Shown: piece after piece, positions 13,415-26,422 of the stretch
Layout: every line of letters starts with the position of its first letter
How positions within the stretch are numbered: the stretch's first letter is position 1
Assembly (NCBI RefSeq): GCF_018977255.1
Contig: NW_024704743.1
Location: 88,538,001-88,602,000 of the forward strand
Length of the DNA: 64,000 bases
From: Callorhinchus milii
Taxonomy: Eukaryota
Direction: 5' to 3'
Program-made: the position numbers and the translations under genes
Notes under the pieces: model-generated
The model's input: the letters and a program-made list of their open reading frames with translations, nothing else
Told to the model about the DNA's origin: nothing
Databases searched by the model: none

Positions 13415-16400
13415 CTGTAAGTAATAGCAGATACAATGTTAATCTACTTGATGACTTCATCCATTCTTAATACAGACTCAAAGGTAAGGAATGTCCCCAA
13501 GGACCATGAAGCTGTCGTTTCGCATTGTTTCGCTGTCCTGTCAATTGTTGCTGCTTTAATAGAAAGAGGTTTTGATAGTCTCTTATCACATATGATTAAC
13601 CTCCAACAACAACAATCTTCTCCCTGTCCTGTGGCATCAAAGACTTGATGTTTCTCTTGGTTTAAGGCTTAGACCTCTATATAGGACTTCACAATAAATG
13701 AAGGATTTCATTACCCTTCACAAGAAATATTGTGAAGTGAAGTGACTTTTTTTCAAACAATTAACAGATTTTATGTTAGGCCTGCACTCTCCACAAAAGA
13801 ATTCAATTGCAAAGCTGCAAGAGAACTGACGTGCAAAGTCCACCTACAATGGGATTTTACATTATAAGTGCACAGTACAAAGTACACTACAAAAACATTT
13901 TTCAGAGATAAACAGCAAACCAATGCACTTTTGCAACATAAAAATTCAAGTAAAGATGAAAGCTTTTTAGAGGAAATGAATTCATGTCAAAATCTTCTCA
14001 TCGCTAAGTGGAGGCACATTGATTGTATTGTACAGTTTTAAAAAGACCTGTGGAAAACTGGCTTCCAATTTAAAACTGAATTTAAGATTTTTTCCCCCTG
14101 AATTTCTGCACAATTTTAATTTTTTAAGACAGTAATCTTAAACTATAGCCTAAGACTATCAGCAATTTTGAGTCTCTAATGCCTCAGCACAAGAATAAGA
14201 TTATTGTTGATGGCCAATCATGCAATTGACAGGAAAATGCTCTTGGTGTTTGAACCCACTGCTTGCAGCTGAGGCAAGTGAGCAAGGGAGCAGACTAGTG
14301 TGGGCAGATGTTAAAATGAATGCATTCACTTGTAATATTAAATCTATCAAAGACAGTTATCCAATGAAGCATCACCAACATTTATCTAAGAACTCAGCTG
14401 TTTGTATATTTCAATGAATAGATTCTGTGAATAGGCATTTCGCCCACAAAGTACACAATCACCTCACAGAATATTCTGTGAAGCGCCTTGAGATGTCTCA
14501 ATGATATGATATATCAAAATGCAAGGATTATTATCATTGATGTCCATGAAAATTGTCAATACAGCTTTGGAGTGAGCAATACAAAAAATGAGAGGGGGTG
14601 GGGGAAGATTTACAAGGTAGAGTTTAGAAGTGCTCATGAATTTCACAATGGAATCATTGGTTAAGGGCAGCAACCATTGGCATAGTTTGTTGGCTGCTCA
14701 TTTCAGAGGCTTCAGGTGTATTGAAAAGGTACTTTGTTCAGCTGTTCATCTTTAAACTGCTACTGGAAAATGTTGGCTAATTGACCACTTAGTCTATTAA
14801 CTTATTATTAACTACCAATAATACTACTATTAACTAGACTTGTTGACTAATCGATGAGCCACTCAAATCTGTGCAGCATGCTGGTGAACAGATTGGCCGG
14901 CAACAGCCTGTTCCTGCTCCCATCAGGAGCAAGCATTCACTTTATCACAAAAACTGAAATGGTTGTCGTTCGCCACAGGTTAAATAGATTGGTGTTGCTG
15001 GGACAGGTATTTTGCCAATTCAAATCCAGTATTCAATATATGCACTTTATATATGCGTATGGAGTGGTGTAATTAACAAACAATGAACACTTCGGAGTCT
15101 CACCATATTGTTGCTGAAATATTGTGGCAAACACAAAGTGAGCCATTGTGTCAATGAGAAATCTGTGTGTTTCTAAAGATCCGCTTAACATTTTGACCTG
15201 TGATGTGTTAATTATCACATAATTAATAAGTCTGTTATTACAGTCAGTTGATACCTGAAGATACCTACTGCTCTGAAGCTGTGACCTTCATCACAACTAG
15301 ACTAACACTAATTGTTTTGCGAAACACCATTTCAAGAACAAGAGAACTTTTCGACCACTAGTTCAAATAAGGAAGGGGTTTAACTGAAATTTCAGTAAAC
15401 TGATAATCATGATAAAAGCCCTGCACTAAAATTCTGCTCCGGCCCGAACAACAGTGCTTCAATATACCAGAAACATAGGAAACCAACTGAATAGTCAGTT
15501 TCTTCAACTCTGTTAACTAAAAACCTGCATGTTTAATGGCAGATTAGATCTCAGATCAGAGGGTCAAAGATGTAAGATGGGGTATTCAACCTTAGAAAGA
15601 GACCATTCAGCCTACTATTTTTGGATACTTGCCCCAGTTTACTTTATTTCTACCTTGGGACCTGCTTCATTTCACCTAAATTAATCAAAATCATTGGTAT
15701 ATATTATAGTACCTTAGCTGACGTGTGGAAATGCTCTATTAAAACATTTTAAATTAATAAAATTACATTTGAGTGCTAAGTACCATCCATTATGCATCTA
15801 GTGAAAATTACATTTGAATTAACTGTCTGCAACTTGCAGTTAATGAACAGCTACTAACCTCATTCCATTAGTACAATACCCTTTGCCCCGAGTCCGACAG
15901 GTTTCTGATTATTTCCTATGGGATGGAAGCTTTGACATCTTATGCTAATGGTTTACTGCTAGAACGTATCATTGCTGCTTCCAGCAGGAAACACGACTTG
16001 CATTGTTGGGGCTGAGGTGAAATCTGTGCACTTGCAATAACTTAAACAGGGAGATGGTTTGTTTTTCTAATGATTTTAAAGGGCCAAAAGTGCGACCTGC
16101 TCGCTAATATTATTTCCATATGTAATATAATAATACTTACATTCAATATTGCACCCTATCACATCACCAAGTCATCTCAAAGCGTGTCACAGGATATACC
16201 GTAAAGTGGTGTGAACGTGTATTTTGTAGGTGAACCTGGCGTTCAATTATCACACAGCAATGTCCCACAAATAGCCATGGAATGAATGACCAGACCTATT
16301 TGGACCAGTTCGAAATTTAAGAATGGTCTAATTGAAACCTTTCTTCACTTACCCCTGTATTTACCAGGGTGTATGTCACATCCTATTTGATTTATGCTTT

Positions 16401-16479
16401 GCACAGGTAGACAACACATGTGATTGAATTTCACCACCATGATTGGAAAGTGTTCTCTTTTAATATCTGGTCAAATGTC

Positions 16480-16950
16480 CAGTAAATTGTTTGGTCAGAG
16501 CTTCAAGACCACCTCAAATGAGACTTGATTTACCTGATTGATTCAACAATTTCAGACCATAACAGCTCACCCTGCTTCTGTGACCATTACCACATTATCT
16601 TGGTCCCAGACACACCTTTTCTCCCTCTGGTCTATCTGTATTGCTGCAATCTTTACCACCTCCCTTTGTTTTGCATTATTAACACCTCCTTTCTCCTGTT
16701 TTGTTGCAATCCCCCCTTTGTTTTGTATCATTAACACCTTTTTAACCCATCATCCTCTGTCCTCTACCCAATTTTCTCCTTTGTCTTCCTTGCCCTGCCT
16801 CCCCCTCTCTGTTAGCCCTTAAAAGCCTCTCCCTCCCAACATGCCCCAATTCTGATGAAGGATCGTGGCCCCTAAACATTGACTCACTTTCCCTTCTCAA
16901 TAGATGCTGTCTGATCTGCTGAGTGTTCCCAGAGACTTCTGTTTTTGTTT
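16480..16950 (+). mobile_element. Penelope-like element terminal remnant
   Basis: Pyrimidine-rich tract followed by tctgatgaag...aaacattgactc...agatgctgtctgatctgctgagtgttccca, which resembles the recalled shark PLE terminus. Confidence 0.6.
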
Positions 16951-16959
16951 CTTGATTTA

Positions 16960-17232
16960 CTTCTCCTCAGCACGGTACCCGTTGCCTTTGTTCCTCCGGG
17001 TCTGGCCTCCTCCTTATCCACCGAGTCCTCCGCTCCACCCTCGGCGGCCGTGCCTTCAGCCACTGTGCCCCGAGGCTCTGTAACTGCCTTCCTCACTCCC
17101 TTCGTCTCACTCCCTCCCTTCCCATTTTCAAGTCTCTGCTGAAGACCTTTCTTTTCAATCGCGCCTTTGGTCACCTTCCCCCCCCTCCCCCTGGCTCGGC
17201 CCCAGGATCCGTTACTGTAAAGTGCTTTGAGT
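16960..17232 (+). mobile_element. L2 3' end (second L2 family)
   Basis: Closely matches the reverse complement of 48050-48300. Confidence 0.85.
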
Positions 17233-17239
17233 ATGTCTG

Positions 17240-17670
17240 CGGATGACATCCCCAAGAGGGAGCATGTAGATCAGAAAGAGTAGGGGGTCAAGGATGGATC
17301 CTTGGGGTACCCCACAGGTGACCGGGTGAGAGCGGGTGGAGAAGCCGTTTGTGCAGATGTACTGCTGGCGGTTTGTGAGGTAGGACTCGAACCAGGCGAG
17401 TGCGGTCCCACTGAGAAGGAAAGGCAGTGGAGGAGGATGGCGTGATCGACTGTGTCGAACACGGCGGAGAGGTCCAGGAGAACAAGGAAGCAGAAGGAGC
17501 CCTGGTCACAGATAGAGAGGATGTCATTTGTGACTTTCACAGGCGCAGTCTCTGTCCTGTGTACAGGGCGGAAACCGGACTGGAGGGGTTCGAAGAGGGA
17601 GTGGGAGGAGAGGTGTGCGCGAAGTTGGTTGGCAACAACGCGTTCTACAACTTTTGAGAGGAAGGGCAGC
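17240..17670 (-). mobile_element. L2 RT fragment
   Basis: [16 protein letters not shown]...[13 protein letters not shown]...[13 protein letters not shown]. Confidence 0.9.
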
Positions 17671-18939
17671 ACTGTTGTGAAAATCCTTTCATTGTATTAG
17701 TACTGTGACAAACTTTGCACCAGATTCTGTCATATTTTGCTTTAAAAAAACCATGCTTTGCTTGGCTGAAATAAATTAAATTAACTTCAGTCAAGCTTTA
17801 GTTGCAATTTGCGATCATCTACAAATTCAATCTCTACCCTTCACGTTAAAAATCCTGTGAAACGCTTTGAGCCATTTTGACAATGTGACAAGGAGCTATA
17901 TCAAATGCAAGGATTTAATATTCATTATAATTTCACAGCAGCATCAGAGGAATTGTTTACATGACACAGCATCAATGTCCTGCATATGGGTAAAAGTAAA
18001 AGTGGATGCTTCTTTATTTGTCCTCTGTCATGAATGATGACACTCAGAAAGTCTTGGACTGTCAGAAATCAGAACTAAATCAACTGGAGAATCTGTAATG
18101 AGACAAAGGGATGGCAACGTGACATTCAATGTTATAATTACCGCTGGTAATAATTTTCACATTCTAGCATATTCTGCTCATGGCGATGTCCTAATGATAA
18201 TCCTTGCATTTGATATAGGGCCTTATCATGTCTTCTAGGCATTTCAAAGAGTTTCACAGAAATATACTGTAAAGTGAATTGACTGAATATTTTGTGGGCA
18301 AAACAGTCCTAGTCCATAACTGGCCAAGAAAAAACATCCCCCATTCCCCCAGCTATGTGAGAATAGTTGATACAGTACTTGATGGCTTTACAATTCAAGT
18401 AAAACTGGCTTTCATTCCGTTGTGGGTTGGCTCAACAACAACTTGCAAACAGGGTAGCGTTCTGGAGCACTCAATGGCTTCTGCAAATGGCTTTGGTCTC
18501 AATGAATTTCACAAAGTTGTGGTGAGGATGTTTCTCTTAGGAGCAGAGAATCATACCATATGATAATATTACCAGTGTTAATTATCACACCAATTGGAAG
18601 AATTTATATTAAATGCAAAATGTTTTTTAAAGCTGGTATATTCACTTTAAAAATAAGCTTTTGTAAGATTACTGGAGCTGAAAAGCTTTAGATAAATCAA
18701 CAACATGACCGTAAACCATTTTGACTGTTTTGACTATTAGGCAACAGGATCAAAGATTGAAGATCTGGCTTCATTAATTTTGACAGCTTGGTGCAGAGTT
18801 CACTGCTGCTGTATGTGAAAGTGCCATGGCTCCACATCTTGTCACTTTGAGCTTACACAATATTTTTCTCAGTTCTAAAGTAACCTTTGGTTCTGAGGAA
18901 GATGGGAGAAATTTCACCAGAGTCTAGATTTACTCTGGA

Positions 18940-19260
18940 CTCTGGATGAGAGCTAAGTTTCTTCAGTTTAACGCCAACAAGACTGAGGCTCTCTCTCCGC
19001 ACTTAGGTGCTGATGGCATCACCATCCATGGATGCACACTCTACCTTACTAAGTCAGTCTGGAACCTTGGCATCTTGTATGACCCTCAACTATCCTTTCT
19101 ACCCCATATCCATACCATGACCCGCTCTGCCCTCCACCCTTCCCAATCCCGACCCCCAGCTCGGGTCCGAAACACTGACTGTCCAGTGCCTTGGGACGTC
19201 CTCCCGACATGAAAGGCACTATACAAATGTAATTTTGGTGTTGTCGTCATTGTTGTTGTA
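18940..19260 (+). mobile_element. Internally deleted L2 fragment
   Basis: MRAKFLQFNANKTE...NLGILYDPQLSFLPHI is joined directly to the 3' tail. Confidence 0.8.
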
Positions 19261-21351
19261 CTTATTTTTGTTAATATTTTGGAATGTCCCAGAATTTGGT
19301 AAATTGCTGAATTCAATCTTAACTTTGAAGTTTGTTTTCTGTAGTTCTTAAAAGAACTTACAGAAAACCAGCTTCAAAATGTGCTAAATCCTGGGTGCTC
19401 TAAACTGCTACATAAATAGAGAAATCAAGACCCAGTTGGTATTTCTCACCAATGGTGCCTATGCAAACATTAGCTTCAATAAATAAGAGGGCATGGATCA
19501 TGGCAGAAATATACTGTGTAGGTTGTATTTGCTAGCATGACCACTTTGTAATAAAGCAAGAAGAACCATCGTTTGTACTCTCCAAGATAAATTCCAATGT
19601 TGTCTGTATGCTCTTGCAATGTCTTGACATCACTGCAACATTTAGTGATGACAACAAGATGCGTGAGCATGTATGTCATTTACAGCATGTGGTCCCTGGA
19701 GATCATAGAAAAGCACAGCCTTTTCTTCTCACTGTAGACTCCAGGACTTTCCCATCTCACCCTCCTTCCATTTGGCCTGTGGCCTAAAAACACTGAATAG
19801 CAGCAGGCAGACCAGAAAACTGCTAAATTCAATTGGCTTCCTCCACTTTACTGAAACTCTGTCTCCATAACAGCAGCTTAGACTTGAGATTGGCGGGTCA
19901 AAAATCAAAATGGAAGCAGTGGTTCCCGTAGAAGCTGTAAGCAACATCTGAACTCAGCCTGGTGATAGTTAAAGGAAAGGGAAGAAATTTGAAAAGTTTT
20001 CTAAAAGACATTCCTTATGACAGTTCATATCATAAATTTCACAGCCTTTGAATTTTAGACCCCAATAATAATCTGGTCCCTGCTCTACACAAGCTACCTT
20101 AAATTGAACATCACAAAAATACGTGGTGAAGTGTTGCCGACAGCATTGCTTGACTGTTTTTGCTGACCTACTTTACTCTTGCTTATTCACTACACCATGC
20201 ATAGAAGATACAGAAACAGATACAATGCTCAATGACTGAAATCTCAAGTGATGCTGCCCTGAAGCTATTAACATCCTGTCACACTGTATTACGTCTCCAT
20301 TCCCTTTCGTGTTCTATGCAGAATTCCAGGGTGAGATATTTGAGAGAGGTTCCAATGAACCCCATTAAGTTTGTACAGCAGTTATTTGGCAATAAATTCA
20401 TTTACAATGTTTCACACATCTCGCTCGGTTGCACGTTGAGAATTGTTAAGGGGCATTTACTGCAGTGAGGAGATTTGAGGGAAACTGAATTCCTGGGACA
20501 ACCTGCTCAACCATTCCTGAAAAAAATCCTTGTATTTGTTTTGCACCTTTCACACTAGGAGGAGGTTTCAAAGTCCATGATATGCTGCAAAGTGCAGTGA
20601 CTGTATGTTTGATAGATAAAACAAAATGTCTGTCAAAATTCCTGTCAAACATACACATTTTGATTGCTCCACCAATCACTATGAGGCTGATTTTATATCA
20701 ACACAAAAATATGTAATGTGCCTTTTTAAACGTTTTTTTTAACAAATAAAATATTTTGAAGGGGTAACCCTCCTTCTCGTCTCCATCTCCCTGGTTTGTA
20801 ATAAATATGTGGATAAAATGCATCAGGAACACTCTCCAAATTGAACAAGTTAATACATAGACTGTGAGTAGAGATAGGGAAAGACTAAGAGGTACGGGAG
20901 GGGGGAAGGAGAGGTAAGCGGGGCCTCTTTGGAATTAAACTGGATGCTTGACAACGGAATGTCAAAATCGAGTCAACCTTCTATGATAGACTTGGTACTC
21001 CATTAGTCCTGTTGATAACAGACCAAACCGCCTGGAGACCAGGATTCTGAGCACTTGATTCCTGTGAATCCTGCAATAACCCTCCAAAACCCCAATTGGT
21101 AGTCTGGTCCTGGCTGGACAAACAGCAGGAAGCTTGTCAGAAAGTGCTCTCAGAAAGCTAAGTAATTTTAGCTGGTTAAACTCCAGCAGGGCACCAATGC
21201 TCACTCTGGCTTCTCCAAGCCTTGGCTCTTCCCAATCTGTACATACATTTTCCAGGAGGAGGTAAAACGGGTGCATCGGTCCTGAGAGAGATGTGCATTC
21301 TATTACAGACAAAGGGAAATTGCCAAACGCAGTATATATTGGAACTGTCTT

Positions 21352-21890
21352 GAAACTCCTTCCTCCACAAGCTGCAGATCATCCAGAACTCTGCAACCTG
21401 TGCTCTCTCCCACACCAGGCTCTGTGATCCTATCACCCCATCCTCACCCAACCGGCATCCCATCACTCAGAGGAAACAGTTGAAGATCCTAGTCCTCACC
21501 TTCAAGGAGCTCCATGGCCTTGCAACCCCTACCTCTGCGACCTCCTAACCCCCTACCACCCTGCCCGCTCCCTTCGCTCAGCGGGCTCTGGCCTGCTTCA
21601 TGTCCCTGCTTTGCCCGCCCCACCATTAGGGGATGCCCCCGCCCTACAGAACTCCATCACACAGTCCTTCCACCTCGCCTGCTTTCTTGCGTCTTTCAAG
21701 ACCCATCTCAAGACCCTCCTCTTCGACCTTGCCTTCGGTCAACGTCTTACCCCTACCCTCCCTGCCCTCCGCCCCTCCTGATCCCAACCACCATCTCGGA
21801 TGTGGATCCCTGACTGTCCATGCCTTGGGACATGCTCCTGATATGAAAGGCGCTGTACAAATTTAAATTGTTGCTGCTGTTGTTGTTGTC
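21352..21890 (+). mobile_element. L2 3' end
   Basis: LHKLQIIQNSA-type codons, 3' UTR and (GTT)n tail. Confidence 0.85.
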
Positions 21891-24836
21891 TGGTTTGGAC
21901 ACCTTTAATCATAGTGATGAATTTCCATGTATGTCCGGCTGACCAAAATAAATTACCTGCCTGAATGCCTGCAGAGGGTACAAGAAACATCAAATCATAC
22001 ATTCCTGATCCCTGGACAAGACTCTGTACCAAAGAAAGAGCTAATCTCTGCCAACAAATAACACCTGTTAAATATAACAATCTATTTGTAAGGCCCCCAT
22101 TGTTCTTGTCTAAGTTCCTAATACTTGAATTGCTCATGTAACCAGTAGTACAGTACTTGCAACTTGAAGCATGTAAATATTCTACAACACTGTTTAAATA
22201 ACACATTTTATATGTCAAAAAGCAATTACTGGAAAAATACAACTAATATGTAATGTCATCTTCAATAGTCAGGCTCTTAAGATTAACCTTGCTCCTTGTC
22301 AAGTGGAAAACACTTTACATGGATGATACACAAATGAGTGCTCAATAATGCATTCAGAGAGTCTATAGTTTGAAAGTAAAACTGGTGGAATTATGATATT
22401 GGGTTCATTTGTCCCAAACCTTCTGCATTGCATCACTAAACACAGCTGAACTGTCTTCTGTGGATTGCCCCTGTAAAATTAAAGAACAGCTTCAAAAATA
22501 AAGTTATGAGCAAACACCAAAGGCTTAAAGTCAGGTTCCACCACTGTTAAGTGCTCTGAGATGCTACCCTGTGTGGAGGCTGCTATGTAAGTGCAAATTG
22601 TTTTTGTTGTTGCTGTTGCAATAGCTTCAGGGTTGGAAAGAGGACAAGAAATCCCCAAAATGAAGAAATAGGTGTTACATGATGGGAACAGGAGGGCGTG
22701 TCATTCAGCCCATCGAGTCTGGTTGTCAGTTTATTAGATCATGGAGGATCTTTTAATCGCATTTTCCCACCTTTTCTCCATGCCAGTAAATATCCTTATT
22801 TCTGTAATTTCTCACTTCCTTTTAAACATTCCAAAAGATTTTAGGGCCTTTTAGAGAAGTGCTTTTCACATGTGTGAGCACTGTATGAAGAATTGGTTTC
22901 ATATCTAGTTTCTAAGCATCCTAGCTCTGATTTTAAGACAGTTGTTGAAGTTGAAACATTTAAAATGCAACTGGAAAAATAATATTAATGGATGTACAGT
23001 ACAATATATATTAATTTAGTGTCTTTCATGATGGGAGGACATCTCAAAGTGCTTGACTCTCCTGGCTAGGGACCCGAGCTGGGATTGGGGGCAGTGGGAT
23101 TTGAAGAAGGTCAGTGAAGAAAGATGACCAAAGCATGGTCAAAGAGGTACGTCTTGAGGTGGGCTTTGAACATGGAGTGGGATGAAGCGAGTCGGAAGGA
23201 TGGATGGAGTTCCAGAGAGCGGGGCAAAATGGCTGAAATCTTAGCTGCCAATGGTGGGACTGATAATGTGGGGGACCTGAAGCATGTTGATTTGAATGTG
23301 ATGAATGGAAAGGGATTAGAATGCGAAGCTCCAACAAGGGGAGCTAGCAGCAGCACAAACTTAATGGCCCTACTTCTGTGCTATACATATTCTGCGATCC
23401 CAAAGAAAATACTCAGAAAAAATTATTAAACGCTATCTCACAGGGTAATTATTGTGAGATAAAGGTAATTTTTTACTGGATAATGATATTGACAATTAGA
23501 AAATACCCCCCATAAAGTTACTTATTGGAGATTAAAATTTCCTTGCAATTGATTTCAGATGATTTTTCTGAAAACGTGGTGCAATTATATCAGCAGTGCC
23601 ATTCATAATCTTTTGTATACATCACACTGCTAAACACAGTCATCCATAAAGAACAAAAAGATCTCTTTGGAAAAGGGTTACATCACTAAAGAAATGATTT
23701 GCTCAGTACATTCCACTTTTTTTTAAACATTGCTGTTGATGAAGAGCAAGCTATTGTTTACCAGTCATCACAAAAACTGCACCATGGCTGAAAAACAAAA
23801 CTCACTGATCTCGTCTGCTAACATGACCTCACCCAGCTTCTGTGCACAGCAGCACAGCCAGGAATAAAAAAGATCATTAAACCTGACTTGCACAAATATG
23901 TACAAATAGAAATGCAGCGATTTTGAGGCTGTAAATTAATCCAATTCTGAAGCGCTATTTACAAAACCACTCTGTGTGCCTAGTCATTAATTATTGCATC
24001 CAAAGATTGCTTTGGATCAAGAAGTCACTTCAACGCAATTGGTTTAATTCTTCTAGAATTCTAACCTACCATCTTCGCGTTATAAACATCAAACTGGTTT
24101 GCAAATTAATCCAATGCCTCCATCAGCCTCCCTAGTAACCTACTCCAGCTAAAGCACATCAATGGTCAGAAATTCCGGGCAGTGTTGTGTAACACCTTTG
24201 TTCATTGATGGGATATTCTCCATTATAATTGCACATCACCAAAGGTGTAACATTTGCAAAACTGAGTAGAATTTCAACCCACATAATAATCCTTGCATTT
24301 GAAATACTTGCATTGAAATACTTCACAAAGTTTTCCATACAGTGCAGTGACTGTATTTGTAGTCGAATCCAGCAGTCAATGTTAACACAGGAATATCCCA
24401 CAACTGGGGTATTGTTGGACAGGATACCATGAGGAATGTACTTCTCTCTTTGAGTAGTGCTACGGGATCTTTAATGCTCACCCGAATAGACACATAGAAC
24501 CTCAGTTAAAAGCCTCATTCGAAGATTGGCATCTTTGGGAATCTAATGCTTTCCCAGCTCTGCACTGAAATGTTAGCCTACTCTTGGGAGGGTGGGGGGG
24601 TCGATAGAAGAGGAAGAACACTAACAAATGTGTCAGGCTGAAGGCTGATTTATAATCACTGCCTATAATCTCATTATTATTTCTGTAGACTATACGGAGC
24701 ACGCTATCTGATATATTCAAAGTGATTGCTATCATCGGTGAGAATTATCATCCTCACATACAGAGGTTTATAAGGATAGAGTTCTTAAAAAGCAGCATCA
24801 ACAACAAAAAGCAGTGAGGTAAATGCCAGGGCCTAC

Positions 24837-24973
24837 TTTTCCTGAAGGGTTTGCTCCTCGGTGGTTTCCATGGCACATTCCAAGGAATTCTGCAGGGACT
24901 GAAGCTGGTTCACTGTTTCCTTCAGAAGAAACCGAGTCACAAACTGTTCCAGATTACAGGAATCCTCATAATC
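24837..24973 (-). CDS. NECAB1: NECAB1 coding exon 6 (137 nt, NECAB coiled-coil region)
   Basis: tgcag|GAT TAT GAG...CAG GAA AA|gtaggc = [45 protein letters not shown](K). Confidence 0.96.
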
Positions 24974-25419
24974 CTGCACAAGAACAAAGTAGATAAAATA
25001 AAGAACACGATTTATCCTGGAGTCTGGGCCAATAATCCCCCCAAATAAAGCTGTTCATTCGCTTTGTGGTTGTTTTTAAGCGCTCTGAGATGCTGCACTG
25101 CGTGGAGTGCGCTATATAAGTGCAAGTTGTTGTTATTTTTTGGATACGAGCTGCCACATTTGTCCACAAAATATCACCACACTTCTGTGAAACATTTTGA
25201 TATGTCTGTACAACTAAAGGTCCTTTTTTTATTATAACACAATTAGAGTGATATGACACCAGTCTACAGCCTGGTCAATTTGTATCATTTGAAGCAACTG
25301 AGACCCTAAATTTCAGCCTGTAAGATTGTGTTATCTTAAAATTTAAGATGCAGAATTGCAGAAAATTCCTAAATTCAGATTTACTTGGGAAACTGGAGCA
25401 TTTTTATACTTCTCAAAGA

Positions 25420-25745
25420 GAGAGGAAGGAACAAGTAATTACAGGTCTGTGACTTTAACACGAGTGGTAGGAAAATTACTTGAATCTGTTATTAGGGAGA
25501 GATTCGCTGAGCATCTGGATAAATATGCACAGATCAGAGAGAGTCAACAATGGTTTGTGAAGAGTAGATCATGTCTCACAAATCTAGTGGAGTTCTTTGA
25601 CAGAGTTGCAGAAGTGATAGATGAAGATGGAATTGATGGATATAATCTATATTAATTTTTTTTAAGAAGATATTTGATAAAATACCATAAAATAGATTAT
25701 AAGACAATATTAAGGCATAGAAAGCTGAAGGCAGGAAATTAGTTG
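25420..25745 (+). mobile_element. CR1 RT fragment
   Basis: NYRSVTLTRVVGKLLESVIR...KSRSCLTNLVEFFD in track ORF 25356..25655. Confidence 0.85.
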
Positions 25746-25754
25746 GACAAATTT

Positions 25755-26422
25755 GTGGAGTCCTGTAACTCAGTGGTTAGAGACCTGAGTTTGATTCCCG
25801 GTAGGGCGAAATGTTGGGTAAGTTTCCTTACTCTGCAAGCCTCTGTTTACCTAGCAGAAAGTAGGAACCTGGTTGTTAGTCGATTGGTGGAACGCTTTTC
25901 TGGGGGTAATAATTCCTTCAAAAAAAATTATAAATTACTCACTTCAATCCACGACTGTTTGTGGGACACTGCTGTGTGCAATTGGCTGCTGTGATTTGCC
26001 CATAAAATATACAGTCAATTCACTTTACAGTGTATTCTGTGAAGCACTTTGAAACATTTTGAAGACATAATAATAATAATCCTTGCATTTGATATAGCGC
26101 TTTTCACGTCTTCTAGACGTCTCAAAGCGCTTCACAGAATATACTGTAAAGTGAATTGACTGTATATTTGTGGGCGAACGCGGCAGACAATTGCGCACAG
26201 CAGTGCCCCACAAACAGTCGTAGATTGAAAATGACCAATTTATTATTGTTTTTGGTTTTGGAGGGATTATTATTAGGCTCTGTGTGGAGTAAGGAAACTT
26301 GCCCAAGGTTTCGCCCTGCCTGGAATTGAACTCAGGTCTCTCGCTTGCAAAGCGAGTGCTCTAACCACTGAGCTACAGGACTCCACAAATGATAAGGCAC
26401 TATATCAAATGCAAGGAATATT
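25755..26422 (+). mobile_element. Long-form tRNA SINE interrupted in its tail by an antisense SINE
   Basis: Head at 25755 and body to 26066. The tail resumes at about 26389 (atgataaggcactatatcaaatgcaagg). Confidence 0.85.
26067..26386 (-). mobile_element. Full-length young tRNA SINE, short form
   Basis: Reverse complement is nearly identical to 29938-30257. Confidence 0.92.
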
